From an uncultured Actinomycetes bacterium (GTDB lineage Bacteria > Actinomycetota > Thermoleophilia > RBG-16-64-13), in NCBI GenBank assembly GCA_963841735.1, contig CAWJDT010000004.1, positions 1 through 64,000 of the forward strand: a stretch of 64,000 nt of DNA, in the 5' to 3' direction. The translations under genes and the position numbers were made by a program. Positions 45,805 through 56,430 of the stretch are shown in pieces (within the stretch, counting starts at the first letter, position 1; each line of letters begins with the position of its first letter). Under the pieces are notes generated by a model that saw nothing but the letters and a program-made list of their open reading frames with translations, had not been told where the DNA came from and did no database searches.

Positions 45805-46716
45805 ATGAGGATCGTGCTCATGGGTCAGGCGGCCTTTGGGGAGAAAGTTTTCGAGGCGCTACTGGGCGTGGGCGAAGAGATAGTGGCCGTCTACACACCG
45901 CCGGACGTCTCTCCGGGCAAGAGCAGCACGCTCATGGCCTTGGCTGAGTCGCATGGCATCCCGACGCGGCAGCCCGCCAAGATGCGCTCACTGGACGTGT
46001 TCGAGGACTACCGGCGCTTCAAAGCCGACCTGAACGTCATGGCTTTTGTGACGGATGTAGTGCCTTCGGCGATCCTCGGGTTTCCCGCTTTGGGCACCAT
46101 CCAATACCATCCCTCCTTGCTGCCGAGCCACCGGGGGGCGAGCGCGATCAACTGGGCCATCATCAACGGCGAGACCAAGACGGGCCTGTCCATCTTCTGG
46201 CCGGACGAGGGTCTGGACACCGGGCCCATTTTGCTTCAGCGAGAGGTCTCCATCGAGCCTGACGACACCTTGGGCACGGTGTACTTTGGCAAACTGTTTC
46301 CGTTGGGAGTGGAGGCGCTCGTGGAATCGGTGCGTCTCGTCAAGGAGGGCAGGGCACCAAGGCTGCCGCAGGATGTCGCCCAGGGGGAGTACGAACCGGT
46401 TTGCAGGGACATCAAGATCGACTGGATGTATCCGGTCGCGATCGTCTACAACATCATACGGGGGTGCAACCCGTCACCCGGTGCCGCCACGGCCTTCAGG
46501 GGTCAAGAGGTCAAAGTCTTCGACTGCCAGAAGCTCCCGGGCGGCGGCCGCCAGGCACCAGGCACGGTGCTCCAGCTCACCCCCGAGAGCCTTCTGGTGG
46601 CAGCAAACGGCGGCAGAATCCTGGTGACCCGGGTGCAGCCGGCCGGCGCAGCCAAGATGACCATCGAGGAGTTCGTGGCTGCGACGGGACTTAAGGTGGG
46701 AGACAGGCTGGGATAG
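45805..46716 (+). CDS. Formyltransferase-family protein (Fmt-like; resembles the 10-formyl-THF dehydrogenase hydrolase domain)
   Basis: MRIVLMGQAAFG, YHPSLLPSHRGASAINWAI, GLSIFWPDEGLDTGPILLQ, LFPLGV, Fmt C-terminal domain. Confidence 0.85.
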   Translation: MRIVLMGQAAFGEKVFEALLGVGEEIVAVYTPPDVSPGKSSTLMALAESHGIPTRQPAKMRSLDVFEDYRRFKADLNVMAFVTDVVPSAILGFPALGTIQYHPSLLPSHRGASAINWAIINGETKTGLSIFWPDEGLDTGPILLQREVSIEPDDTLGTVYFGKLFPLGVEALVESVRLVKEGRAPRLPQDVAQGEYEPVCRDIKIDWMYPVAIVYNIIRGCNPSPGAATAFRGQEVKVFDCQKLPGGGRQAPGTVLQLTPESLLVAANGGRILVTRVQPAGAAKMTIEEFVAATGLKVGDRLG

Positions 46717-46750
46717 GCCCCTGCCCGGCGGCCGCGGATGAGGCACAGGG

Positions 46751-46792
46751 GGGCCGGTCTGGAAACCAGGGCGAAGGGGATTAGACCGGCCC
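46751..46792. repeat. Perfect 10-bp inverted repeat (GGGCCGGTCT/AGACCGGCCC); possible terminator or operator
   Basis: Arms at 46751-46760 and 46783-46792 in the intergenic region; no U-tract. Confidence 0.5.
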
Positions 46793-46959
46793 GCGGGCGG
46801 GGTATAAGAACCTGCGCTTTGAGCCTCCGTTAGGGCCGACGGCCGGAAGGGGAATAAGGGGATGGCAGAGTCGCTTCGGGTGGCGGACTCTGAACCTTTT
46901 CTGGGGTGCTCCGGCAACGGCAGGGGCCGGCAGCTTGCGCGTTCAGCGGGAGCTGATCC

Positions 46960-49900
46960 ATGAGCCCATTCGATACACGCACCATTCTCGTTGGGCATCT
47001 CGCCGCCGCCGTCGTTTGCGCGCTCATCGGTGCCCTTCTGTGGCTCCAGTACCGGCGCCGGTTCGCGGGAATAGGCTGGTGGACTGCCGATTTCTTTCTC
47101 CAAGCGCTGGGTGCACTGCTGATCGTGCTGCGTGGCACCGTTCCGGACTGGATGTCCATGGTGCTCGCAAACCTGATGGTGGTGGGGGGCGCTCTGGCGG
47201 GCCTGGTCGGTTTGGAGCGGTTTGTGGGCAGGCGGGGACCTCAGATGCAGAACTACTTGCTACTTGCTGCATTTGCCGCTGTTCACTCCTATTTCGCCTT
47301 CGCCCGGCCCGACCTGAGCGCGCGGAACCTGAACTTGTCGGTGCTGCTCCTGATCATCTGCGCGCAGTGCGCGTGGCTCCTCTGGTATCGGATACCTCCG
47401 TCAATGCGCCGGACGGCTGTGGTGGCGGCAGTGGTGTTTGCCGGCTACTGCGTGGTGAGCGTCGTGCGATTGGTGGTGATCGCGGTCAGTCCCATAGGCG
47501 ACGGCGATTTCTTTGAATCGGGCGGATTCGACAAGCTTGTGCTTCTGGCCTATCAAGCACTGCTGATCATGTTGGTGTTTGGCTTGATGCTGATGGTGAC
47601 CAGCCGCCTGCGGGCCGAGGTGAGCACGCAGGAGGAGAAGTTTGCGGCGGCCTTTCACTCCTCCCCATACGCCATCATTCTTACCAGACTGAGCGATGGA
47701 GCGATCCTCGAAGTCAACGACGGTTTCGTGGAGTTGACAGGCTACTCGTACGCAGAGTTTGTAGGGAGGACGACGCTGGATCTCCAGCTGTGGCCAAACA
47801 GGCAGGAGCGCGCCGCCGTTCTTGAAGAGTTGGCCGAGCAGAAACGCATAAGGGGGAGAGAGACCCAGTTTCGCAAGAAGTCGGGCGAGTTCTTCACGGG
47901 CCTGTTCTCGGCCGACATCATCAGGATAGGTGATGAGTCCTGCCTCCTGTCAAGCATCGACGACATCACCGAGCGCAAGCGGATAGATCAAGAACTCAAG
48001 AAGATCGAGTGGCTGCTGACCAGAAGGCCCCAGGCGACACTGGAGGGGGCATGTGACCATGTGCCGCCATACGGGGACCTGATTGAGCTGAATACGGCCA
48101 GGCTCATCCACGACGCTGTGGGAGAGCAGGTGCTCGCCGATATCGTGGGGGATTACCTGGATCTACTTGACACCTCGGCGGCAGTGTACGAGCGCAACGG
48201 GGACTACGCCTTGGGCATCTTCTCGTCCGGTTGGTGCCGTTACATGGACGCGGCCTCCCGCGCACTGTGTAACACCGACGACAACCGCGAGGCCTTGGCG
48301 GGCGGTCGGTGGCTCTGTCACGAGTCGTGTTGGGCGGAGGCCTCGAATGTCGCCATGACTACCGAGCAGCCCGCGGATGTAGAGTGCAGCGGTGGCATCC
48401 GTCTTTATGCGGTGCCTATCCTGGCCGCCGGCGAAGTGGTGGGGTCCATCAACTTTGGCTACGGGGATCCCCCCAAGGACGAGGCGGTCCTGCTGCGACT
48501 GGCCGCTTTGTATCAGGTGGATATCGCGGAGTTGCGTGAGCACGCCGCCTCTTATGAGTCTCGACCCACGTACATCGTCGAAGTGGCCAAGCGCCGTTTG
48601 CATGCCTCGGCCCGTCTTGTCGGGGAGATTGTCGAGAGGACGATAGCCGAGGAACAGATCAGGTCGGCGAAAGCTTTCATGGACATGGTCATCGATACGA
48701 GCCCCTTCGCCCTGTGGGTCTCGGACGTTGAGGGCACAGTCATTAGGGTGAACCAGGCGCTTTGTCAGGCGATCGGCCTGACGGCAGACCAGATCGTCGG
48801 TCGCTACAACGTGCTCCACGACGACAACCTGGAGATCGAGGGCGTGATGCCTCAGGTTCGGGCGGTCTTTGAGAAACACGAACCGGCTCGTTTTGTCATT
48901 CCTTGGAAGGCGGCCCACGCCGGCGCTGTCGATTTCGAGGAGGCGCGCGACATGTACATCGATGTGTCCATGGCGCCGGTGTTCGGCGCATCGGGCGAGC
49001 TGAGCAACGTAGTATGCGAATGGGTAGATATCACGGAGCTGAAGCGGGCGGAGGCCGCTCTCAAGGATAGCGAAAGAAGATTTCGCGAGACCGTCGTATA
49101 TCTCGACGAGGGCTACTACAGCGTGACTCTCGAGGGGGCGCTGTTGGATCACAATCGCGCGTTCAACCGGATCTTGGGGTTTGAGGACGACGAGGACCTT
49201 CGCGGCACGACTCTGCCGGACTTCTGGAGAGACGCCACTAAACGCGGGGACTACCTGGCCGCGCTGACCAGGGCCGGATCAATCTCGAACTATCTGATCG
49301 AGGGCAAGAAACATAATGGCGAGGAGATCATGGTGCTGGCGAGTGCCCATATGGTCAAAGACGCCAACGGTCGTCCGGACCACGTCGAGGGGGTCTTTCT
49401 GGATATCACCTCTCGCGTGACGGCGGAGGAAGAGCTGCGACAGCTCAACGAGGAGTTGGAGCAACGAGTGGATGAGCGCACCGCGGAACTCAGCGACCTT
49501 TACAACAACGCACCGTGCGGCTACCAGTCGCTGGACGAGGAAGGCGTGTTTGTGCGCATCAACGACACCGAGCTCGGCTGGCTTGGCTACACACGCGAAG
49601 AGCTTCTAGGCAAACTGCGGTTTAGCGACGTCATAACGCCCGACGGCGTCCAGACCTTTGCCGGGTGCTTCCCAGTGTTCAAGCAGCAGGGCTACATGAG
49701 CGATCTGCAGTTCGACCTAGTGCGCAAGGACGGTAGCATCATGCCGGTGTTGCTCAGCGCAACGGCGGCGACAGACCAGGAGGGGCGGTTTCTGATGAGC
49801 CGTGGCACTATGATCGACTACGCCGACCGCAAGGAGGCGGAGGCCGCCTTGCGCAGCTCACAGACCCGGCTTGAGGCGGTGAACAAAGAACTCGAGGCTT

Positions 49901-50577
49901 TTGCCTACTCTGTTTCGCACGACTTGCGCGCTCCGTTGCGCGCCATCGACGGCTTCTCACATATGATCCTGGATGACTACGGAGATACGTTTGACGCGGA
50001 GGGGCGGCGGCTGTTCGATGCCGTGCGGGCCAACGCCCAGAGGATGGACCAGCTCATCACTGATCTCCTAGCCCTGTCAAGGGTGGCCCGCGCCGAGACC
50101 GTTGCTTCGCGTCTTGACATGGACGCTTTGGTGCGGAGAGTCTATGCAGAAATCGCTCCGGTGGAGGTAGAGTCCGGGGTGTCCTTCTCGGTGTTGTCTC
50201 TGCCGGAAGCCTATGGCGACGAAGTCCTCATGCGGCAGGTGTGGGGCAACTTGCTGTCCAACGCCCTCAAGTACTCCCGCACAAAGACGGACAGGCGGAT
50301 CGAGGTGGGCGGATATGTTGAGGGGTCTCTGGCGGTCTACTATGTCAAAGACAACGGGGTGGGTTTCGATCCGCGCTACACCCACAAGCTTTTCGGTCTC
50401 TTTCAGCGTCTTCACAAGGCTAGCGAGTTCGAGGGCACCGGGGTGGGGCTTGCTATCGTGCAGAGGATCATACATCTTCACGATGGGAAGGTTTGGGCGG
50501 AAGGCGCACCGGATCAGGGGGCGACCTTCTACTTTGCGCTACCCACAAATACCGCTAGGCAACAGACTGGAGGCTAG
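46960..50577 (+). CDS. Membrane sensor histidine kinase: multi-TM, PAS, PocR-like, 3 PAS, HisKA, HATPase (Cph1-type transmitter)
   Basis: [54 protein letters not shown]. Confidence 0.93.
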   Translation: MSPFDTRTILVGHLAAAVVCALIGALLWLQYRRRFAGIGWWTADFFLQALGALLIVLRGTVPDWMSMVLANLMVVGGALAGLVGLERFVGRRGPQMQNYLLLAAFAAVHSYFAFARPDLSARNLNLSVLLLIICAQCAWLLWYRIPPSMRRTAVVAAVVFAGYCVVSVVRLVVIAVSPIGDGDFFESGGFDKLVLLAYQALLIMLVFGLMLMVTSRLRAEVSTQEEKFAAAFHSSPYAIILTRLSDGAILEVNDGFVELTGYSYAEFVGRTTLDLQLWPNRQERAAVLEELAEQKRIRGRETQFRKKSGEFFTGLFSADIIRIGDESCLLSSIDDITERKRIDQELKKIEWLLTRRPQATLEGACDHVPPYGDLIELNTARLIHDAVGEQVLADIVGDYLDLLDTSAAVYERNGDYALGIFSSGWCRYMDAASRALCNTDDNREALAGGRWLCHESCWAEASNVAMTTEQPADVECSGGIRLYAVPILAAGEVVGSINFGYGDPPKDEAVLLRLAALYQVDIAELREHAASYESRPTYIVEVAKRRLHASARLVGEIVERTIAEEQIRSAKAFMDMVIDTSPFALWVSDVEGTVIRVNQALCQAIGLTADQIVGRYNVLHDDNLEIEGVMPQVRAVFEKHEPARFVIPWKAAHAGAVDFEEARDMYIDVSMAPVFGASGELSNVVCEWVDITELKRAEAALKDSERRFRETVVYLDEGYYSVTLEGALLDHNRAFNRILGFEDDEDLRGTTLPDFWRDATKRGDYLAALTRAGSISNYLIEGKKHNGEEIMVLASAHMVKDANGRPDHVEGVFLDITSRVTAEEELRQLNEELEQRVDERTAELSDLYNNAPCGYQSLDEEGVFVRINDTELGWLGYTREELLGKLRFSDVITPDGVQTFAGCFPVFKQQGYMSDLQFDLVRKDGSIMPVLLSATAATDQEGRFLMSRGTMIDYADRKEAEAALRSSQTRLEAVNKELEAFAYSVSHDLRAPLRAIDGFSHMILDDYGDTFDAEGRRLFDAVRANAQRMDQLITDLLALSRVARAETVASRLDMDALVRRVYAEIAPVEVESGVSFSVLSLPEAYGDEVLMRQVWGNLLSNALKYSRTKTDRRIEVGGYVEGSLAVYYVKDNGVGFDPRYTHKLFGLFQRLHKASEFEGTGVGLAIVQRIIHLHDGKVWAEGAPDQGATFYFALPTNTARQQTGG

Positions 50578-50579
50578 CC

Positions 50580-51026
50580 ATGGCAGAAGCGAGCTACGTT
50601 GAGATCCTGCTGGTCGAAGACAACCCCGCGGATGTCGAGATGACCCTACACGCACTGCAGAAGAACAATCTCACCAACCGGGTCGCGGTGGTGGCCGACG
50701 GCGAGGAGGCGCTTGACTTCCTTTTCGCCCGGGGGGCGTTCAGCGGGCGCTCAGTGGAGAATGGTCCGAAGGTGATTTTGCTCGACCTCAAGCTGCCAAA
50801 GGTCGACGGGCTGGAGGTTCTGAAGGCGGTGCGTCGGGATCCCCGCACCAAGTTCTTTCCGGTGGTGATGCTGACCTCATCGCGCGAGGAAAAAGACATA
50901 GTGGAGAGTTACCGACTGGGCGTGAACAGCTACATCGTCAAACCTGTTGACTTCGAGAAGTTCGTGAACATGGTCAGAGAGCTTGGGTTGTACTGGCTGT
51001 TGCTGAATGAGCCACCGGCGCGCTGA
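50580..51026 (+). CDS. Single-domain response regulator (Rcp1-like)
   Basis: [50 protein letters not shown]. Confidence 0.95.
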   Translation: MAEASYVEILLVEDNPADVEMTLHALQKNNLTNRVAVVADGEEALDFLFARGAFSGRSVENGPKVILLDLKLPKVDGLEVLKAVRRDPRTKFFPVVMLTSSREEKDIVESYRLGVNSYIVKPVDFEKFVNMVRELGLYWLLLNEPPAR

Positions 51027-51032
51027 CGTGGC

Positions 51033-53738
51033 ATGAGCATGGCGCAACCCATTCGCATACTCTTTGTGGAGGACGTGCCCTCCGACATGGAACTTGCTGC
51101 GCGCACCGTGCGGAACGCAGGGATGTGGTTCGAGTCCATGCGGGTGGAGACCGAGGCTGAGTTCACTGCGGCGCTGGCCGAGTTCCGGCCCGACCTGATC
51201 GTCTCGGATTTCGCCATGCCCGAGTTTGACGGGTTGCGCGCGCTTGAGATATCTCTGGACAAAGATCCAGGTTGCCCCTTCATCATTCTGACCGGCTCTC
51301 TCAACGAAGAGACAGCGGTGGCCTGCATCAAGGCGGGCGCGACCGACTACGTCATGAAGGAGCGGATAGCGCGCCTCCCGTATGCTATCGCGGAGGCGTT
51401 GGCGCAGCGCGACGCGCTAAGGGAGAAGAGGGCTGCCGAAAGCGCGCTGCTCTCGAGCGAAGCAAGGCTGGCCAGCATCTTCCGGATAGCGCCGGTGGGC
51501 ATCGGGATCGCTGTCGACCGGGCGATCCAGGAAGCGAACGATGTGCTGTGCGGCATGCTTGGCTATTCCCGCGAGGAGCTGATCGGGCAAGATGTCAGTT
51601 TCCTCCACACCTCCGAAGAGGAGCTTGAGCGGATTGGAAGCGAGGAGCTGTGCCAAGTCGCCGAGCTCGGCACGGCGATGATCGAGACCAGCTGGCGGCG
51701 CAAAGATGGCCAGGCCATCGATGTCCTGTTGGGCTTCACCCGGTTGGACCCCGCGGATCCCTCGAAAGGCCTGACATTGACGGCGCTCGACATAACCGAG
51801 CGCAAGCGGGCGGAAGACGAGGCCAAAGAGAGCGCGCATTTTTTGCAGCATCTTATCGACGCCATCCCCAGCCCGATCTTTTACAGGGACGCCCAAGGTG
51901 TGTACCAAGGCTGCAATGCCGCCTTCGCAAGCATGATGCAATTGCCTAGGGATCAGATTGTCGGCACCACCATGTTCGACGTTGCTCCTCAAGACTTGGC
52001 TGAGCAAGGCTGCGTGCTGGACCAGGCTCTGCTGGAACGTGGAGGCGTGCAAACCTACGAGTCACAGGTGATGTATGGCGACGGCGCGATCCACGAGGTC
52101 ATGCATAGCAAGGCAACCTTGACGAATGTGGATGGCACTGCGGCGGGTTTGGTGGGGGTGATGATGGATGTCACCGAGAGCAGGCGCATGGACAAGGAGT
52201 TGCGTTTCCGGAACCTCATCCTGACCACTCAGCAGGAAGCATCCATAGACGGCATCTTGGTGGTGGACGAGGGTGCCATGATCGTGTCGCGTAACGGGCG
52301 GTTCGTCGAGATGTGGGGCATCCCCGAACAGCTGATCGACGAACGGGTTGACGAACCGGTCTTGCAGTACATCTCCCGGCAGGCAGTGGACCCCAAAGCC
52401 TTTCTCCGGCTAACGAGGCATCTATACGCCCATCGCGCGGAGACCGGTCAAGGCGAACTGCTGCTTGCCGACGGGCGGATGTTCGAGTGGTATTCGGCTC
52501 CTATGTCCGGACCCGACGGTCACTACTACGGCCGGGTTTGGTACTACCGGGACGTCAGCGAGCGGCATCGGGCCGACGTGGAAAGGGAAGGGCTGCAGGA
52601 GCAGATCCAGCAGATCCAGAAGATGGAATCGGTTGGGCAGCTTGCCGGGGGAGTCGCGCACGACTTCAACAACATCTTGATGGTGCAAAAGGGCTATTGC
52701 GAGTTGATGAGAGCGGGCCTTGCCGATGACGACCCAATGGTGGACAGCGTCGCTCAGATAGAAGCATGCACCGACAGGGCGACTGCTCTCACCCGCCAGT
52801 TGCTGGCGTTTAGCCGCAAGCAGACTCTGCAGCCTCGAGTCATAGACCTCAATCAACTCGTACTGGGAGCGGAGGAAATGCTACGCCGGTTGCTCGGCGC
52901 ACAGGTGGACATGGAAATAGTGCCCTCGCCGGTTTCGGCCGTGGTCAAGGCGGACCCCGGGCAGGTCGAGCAGGTCTTGGTCAACCTGGTGGCCAATGCC
53001 CGGGACGCTATGCCTCAAGGGGGCACTCTGACCGTCCGTTTGTCGGTCGTCGACGTGGATTCCAACTACTGCCAAGGGCACGAAGGCCTTTCCCCTGGAG
53101 CTTACGTGATGCTCTCCGTGGGCGACACGGGTTGTGGAATGGACGCGGCGGTCAAGCGCCGCATGTTCGAACCTTTCTATACCACCAAGGGCGAAGGCAA
53201 GGGCACCGGCCTGGGCCTTTCCACGGCTCACGGCATCGTCCGCCAGTCCGGTGGGGACATCTGGGTTGAGAGCGAGCCGGGCAAGGGCGCCACCTTCACA
53301 GTCTGTCTGCCGCTCGTGAAGGATAAGCCACCTGATGAGTCGCAGCAGGAGGCTACGGTGGCCAAGGGCGATGGAGAGTTGGTTCTTGTTGTCGAAGATG
53401 AGCCGGCCCTCCGGGGATTGGCGATGGTCATGATCGAGCGGATGGGCTATCGGACGGCTGGGGCGGCCAATGGCGCCGCGGCCATCGCCATGGTAATGGA
53501 CGAAGGCTTGAGGCCCGATCTGATCTTGACCGACGTGGTCATGCCTGGAATGAGCGGACACGCTCTGGCCAAAAGGCTGAGCGCCACGCTGCCGGACGCC
53601 AAAGTGGTGTACATGTCGGGGTACACCGATGACGCGATAGCTCACCAGGGCGTCCTGGATCCGGGCATAGACTTCCTGCAGAAGCCCTTCTCGATGGCCG
53701 ACCTGGCCGCGAAGATCCGCTCGGTGTTGGCTCGATGA
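51033..53738 (+). CDS. Hybrid histidine kinase REC-PAS-PAS-PAS-HisKA-HATPase-REC (CckA-like transmitter)
   Basis: N-terminal REC; QKMESVGQLAGGVAHDFNNIL; NLVANARDAMP; FEPFYTTKGEGKGTGLGLS; C-terminal REC. Confidence 0.95.
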   Translation: MSMAQPIRILFVEDVPSDMELAARTVRNAGMWFESMRVETEAEFTAALAEFRPDLIVSDFAMPEFDGLRALEISLDKDPGCPFIILTGSLNEETAVACIKAGATDYVMKERIARLPYAIAEALAQRDALREKRAAESALLSSEARLASIFRIAPVGIGIAVDRAIQEANDVLCGMLGYSREELIGQDVSFLHTSEEELERIGSEELCQVAELGTAMIETSWRRKDGQAIDVLLGFTRLDPADPSKGLTLTALDITERKRAEDEAKESAHFLQHLIDAIPSPIFYRDAQGVYQGCNAAFASMMQLPRDQIVGTTMFDVAPQDLAEQGCVLDQALLERGGVQTYESQVMYGDGAIHEVMHSKATLTNVDGTAAGLVGVMMDVTESRRMDKELRFRNLILTTQQEASIDGILVVDEGAMIVSRNGRFVEMWGIPEQLIDERVDEPVLQYISRQAVDPKAFLRLTRHLYAHRAETGQGELLLADGRMFEWYSAPMSGPDGHYYGRVWYYRDVSERHRADVEREGLQEQIQQIQKMESVGQLAGGVAHDFNNILMVQKGYCELMRAGLADDDPMVDSVAQIEACTDRATALTRQLLAFSRKQTLQPRVIDLNQLVLGAEEMLRRLLGAQVDMEIVPSPVSAVVKADPGQVEQVLVNLVANARDAMPQGGTLTVRLSVVDVDSNYCQGHEGLSPGAYVMLSVGDTGCGMDAAVKRRMFEPFYTTKGEGKGTGLGLSTAHGIVRQSGGDIWVESEPGKGATFTVCLPLVKDKPPDESQQEATVAKGDGELVLVVEDEPALRGLAMVMIERMGYRTAGAANGAAAIAMVMDEGLRPDLILTDVVMPGMSGHALAKRLSATLPDAKVVYMSGYTDDAIAHQGVLDPGIDFLQKPFSMADLAAKIRSVLAR

Positions 53739-53865
53739 TGAAGCCGCGCGCCGCCGCCGATAGGTGGACACTTACCTTCAGAAGCAATGCGAAGCGGAGG
53801 TCAGCCAGGGTATTTGTCCGGAATGCATGAAGGAGCGTTGTGCCGATCTGGGAAAGGAGGCCTGA
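53731..53865 (+). pseudogene. Remnant of the C-terminal 'RDDxGxW..VExY...SHGICPxC' module of signalling proteins
   Basis: Frame reads LDDEAARRRR-stop-VDTYLQKQCEAEVSQGICPECMKERCADLGKEA-stop; final TGA overlaps the rpiB ATG. Confidence 0.6.
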
Positions 53866-54314
53866 TGACGCGCATCGCCATTGCTGCCGACCACGCGGGC
53901 TATCGACTTAAAGAGGTCATCAAGGCCCACCTTGAGGCGGCCGGACACGAAATGAGCGACTTCGGGACTAATAGCGAGGACCCGGTTGATTACCCCGACT
54001 ATGTGCGCCCCGTCGCGCGGAGCGTAGCCGAAGGAAGGCACGAGCTGGGCGTCGTCCTGGGCGGCTCCGGTAATGGGGAGGCCATGACCGCCAACAAGGT
54101 CCGCGGAATTCGCTGCGCGGTGTGCTGGAATATGTCCAGCGCGCGTCTTGCCAGAGAACACAACAACGCCAACATGATCGCTATGGGTGCCCGCATGGTC
54201 AGTGAGCGTGCCGCGCTCAGGGCCGTCGATGCCTGGTTGGGGGCATCGTTCCAGCATGGGCGGCATTTGCGCCGTGTTGAGAAGCTTGAGAGGGGGAGGG
54301 TGTCCCTCGAGTAG
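53865..54314 (+). CDS. rpiB: Ribose-5-phosphate isomerase B
   Basis: IAIAADHAGYRLK, VDYPDY, GGSGNGEAMTANKVRGIRCA, AREHNNAN, GRHLRRV; AAGGAGG RBS. Confidence 0.95.
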   Translation: MTRIAIAADHAGYRLKEVIKAHLEAAGHEMSDFGTNSEDPVDYPDYVRPVARSVAEGRHELGVVLGGSGNGEAMTANKVRGIRCAVCWNMSSARLAREHNNANMIAMGARMVSERAALRAVDAWLGASFQHGRHLRRVEKLERGRVSLE

Positions 54315-54466
54315 GTTACAGGCGGACCCCAAGACGAGGGAGAAACGATGGCGGCTCCTTTGTGCACGTGGCCTCTGACGGCGTGACCGATCCCCAGTGG
54401 ACCGTGACCTCCGGGGCGAGGATGGATAAGATGGAGGGCAATGCAAGCTAGGGGTCGGAGGTACCT

Positions 54467-55141
54467 ATGAGTAACCGGGTCGCCGTGGTCACCGGCGCTT
54501 CTTCAGGTCTTGGTCTGAGCATAAGCAGGGAGTTGCTCAAGGAGGGCCTGAACGTGGTGGGCGTCGCTCGCCGGGCGACCAATGAGAGTTCTGCGCTCGG
54601 GCAAGGTTTCACCCTGGTACTGGGTGATGTCGCCCTGGAGGACACAGCCAGAGAGGTCTTTGACACAGCAGCGACTCTCGGGACGACCGACGTTCTGGTC
54701 AACTGCGCCGGCGCGGGCTTGTTCGGTGGCGCGGGCGCCAATACTCGCGCCGACGTGGACAAGGTTTTGGGGGCGAGTCTGTTTGGGACCATCCTGTTTT
54801 GCGAGCAGGCGATCAGGCGCTTCGCTCTGGGCGGTACGATTGTGAACGTCATGTCGACCTCGGCCCTGGTGGGTCGGGCCAACGAGTCGATCTATTGCGC
54901 CTCCAAATGGGGCGCGCGAGGCTACACGGAGTCCATCCGAGCCGAGCTGAAGGGCCGCGGCATCCGAATCGTGGCGGTATACCCGGGCGGCATGAACACC
55001 CGCTTCTGGAGCGAGGCACAAGGTGCGACTACTGACAGCTCCAAATTCATGGATCCCGCCGAGGTAGCCGGCACGATCGTAGCGGCTATCCTCGCTGCGG
55101 GCAGTGGATATGTGAGCGATCTGACCATAAACCGGGCCTGA
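54467..55141 (+). CDS. Short-chain dehydrogenase/reductase
   Basis: VTGASSGLG, VNCAG, YCASKWG (YxxxK), YPGGMNT. Confidence 0.92.
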   Translation: MSNRVAVVTGASSGLGLSISRELLKEGLNVVGVARRATNESSALGQGFTLVLGDVALEDTAREVFDTAATLGTTDVLVNCAGAGLFGGAGANTRADVDKVLGASLFGTILFCEQAIRRFALGGTIVNVMSTSALVGRANESIYCASKWGARGYTESIRAELKGRGIRIVAVYPGGMNTRFWSEAQGATTDSSKFMDPAEVAGTIVAAILAAGSGYVSDLTINRA

Positions 55142-55154
55142 GCCGCCACCACTA

Positions 55155-55676
55155 ATGGGTGAGGGGGGCGACGCATGTGAGGTTGGGCTTCGGCGCCGCA
55201 TCCGCGTTCTGCTGGTTCTCTTTATGGCAGGATTGGTGCTGAGCGGTCTGACCGCGTTCTGGTTGGACCGCGAACTCCAGTGGCTGGCCTCGTGGATGGG
55301 CATCGATCGTGGTTTGGCACCCGGCGCGTATTCCGGGTTGAAGTACTGGATCGCGACCGTAGCCGCCGGCCTTCATGTGACAAATGCCGAGTATCCCTTT
55401 CTGGCCTACGGTACCGACTGGTTGGCCTTCGGGCATCTGGTAATCGCCGTCGCTTTTATCGGCCCGCTCCGGGATCCGGTAAGGAATGTCTGGGTGGTGA
55501 CCTTCGGTCTGATAGCTTGTGGGGCCGTCATTCCGCTGGCGGTCATAGCAGGCGCCGTGCGTGACATACCACTGTACTGGAGCCTGATCGACTGCTGCTT
55601 CGGCGTGGTGGGAGCGTTGATACTGTGGCCGGTTCGTCGGTACACATTGATGCTGGGAACCCTTCGGAGCGGCTAG
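55155..55676 (+). CDS. Conserved-looking hypothetical membrane protein
   Basis: About 4 TM; LVLSGLTAF, YPFLAYGTDWLAFGHLVIA, DPVRNVWV, WSLIDCCFG. Confidence 0.75.
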   Translation: MGEGGDACEVGLRRRIRVLLVLFMAGLVLSGLTAFWLDRELQWLASWMGIDRGLAPGAYSGLKYWIATVAAGLHVTNAEYPFLAYGTDWLAFGHLVIAVAFIGPLRDPVRNVWVVTFGLIACGAVIPLAVIAGAVRDIPLYWSLIDCCFGVVGALILWPVRRYTLMLGTLRSG

Positions 55677-55794
55677 GCACCCAGCGGGAGAAGAACACCG
55701 CACCGGCGCAGAGGGTCCGTGGAAAGGGATCTGCTGGACAGTCAGAGTTCTGGCATATAGAGTTGTGCTCCGATCCGCAGGCGAAGGGGGCAAG

Positions 55795-56424
55795 ATGCGA
55801 AGATGGTCCTGGGTGCTGAAGCTGTTGGCTTGGTTGGTTATTGTTTGCGGGTTGATGTTTCTCCTCTCGGCTTTTGTACCCGATCTGCCCGATGAGCCCG
55901 AAAGCACCATGGGAGATCGTGTTCTAGCCGCAGTCCTGGGCGTGCTTTTGGTTGCTGGTGGGTTGATGGGACTCGCCGTTCAGGTTCGCAACCGGCTTGT
56001 GGCCGGTCGAAACGTTTGCAGAGTGAAGTCCGCGGATCTCGATGCGCTGCTCCAGCGTAGACGCGAACTTGCCAGGAGCCTGATGGGTCTGTCGGAACAG
56101 TTTGCCGCACGGCACGGCGGCGATTTTGCCGAAGTGGCAGCATTCATGGGCACCAGTATGTACTCCGGCTTAGTGGACAGGGGGAGAGAGTCGAACAAGC
56201 GTCTCGTTCCGACCTTTCTGGTCGCGGCAGAAGCCTATCCAGAGCTGGCCGCCGAAGGGGCCTTTGCTGTGATGTTCCAAGAGCTGCGCGAAACAGAAGA
56301 CCGGATTTCCGTGGCGCGGGCCGATTACGGCAACGCCACGCTCGCGCACAACACGCGCATCCAATCGTTCCCAAGCTCAGTGGCGGCTAGGCTGTTTCGC
56401 TTGTCAGAGCAGGAGGCCATCTAG
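55795..56424 (+). CDS. LemA family protein (divergent, two N-terminal TM)
   Basis: NRLVAGRN...LQRRREL, AEAYPELAA, ELRETEDRISVARADY, HNTRIQSFPSSVAARLF. Confidence 0.8.
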   Translation: MRRWSWVLKLLAWLVIVCGLMFLLSAFVPDLPDEPESTMGDRVLAAVLGVLLVAGGLMGLAVQVRNRLVAGRNVCRVKSADLDALLQRRRELARSLMGLSEQFAARHGGDFAEVAAFMGTSMYSGLVDRGRESNKRLVPTFLVAAEAYPELAAEGAFAVMFQELRETEDRISVARADYGNATLAHNTRIQSFPSSVAARLFRLSEQEAI

Positions 56425-56430
56425 CCGGTT

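Noticed and set aside
54348-54386. Micro-ORF MAAPLCTWPLTA between rpiB and the SDR gene
   Set aside because: Only 12 codons with a modest RBS and no motif support
55750-55770. Sigma-54 promoter TGGCAT...TTGT before lemA
   Set aside because: Spacing is one base too long and the -12 GC is missing
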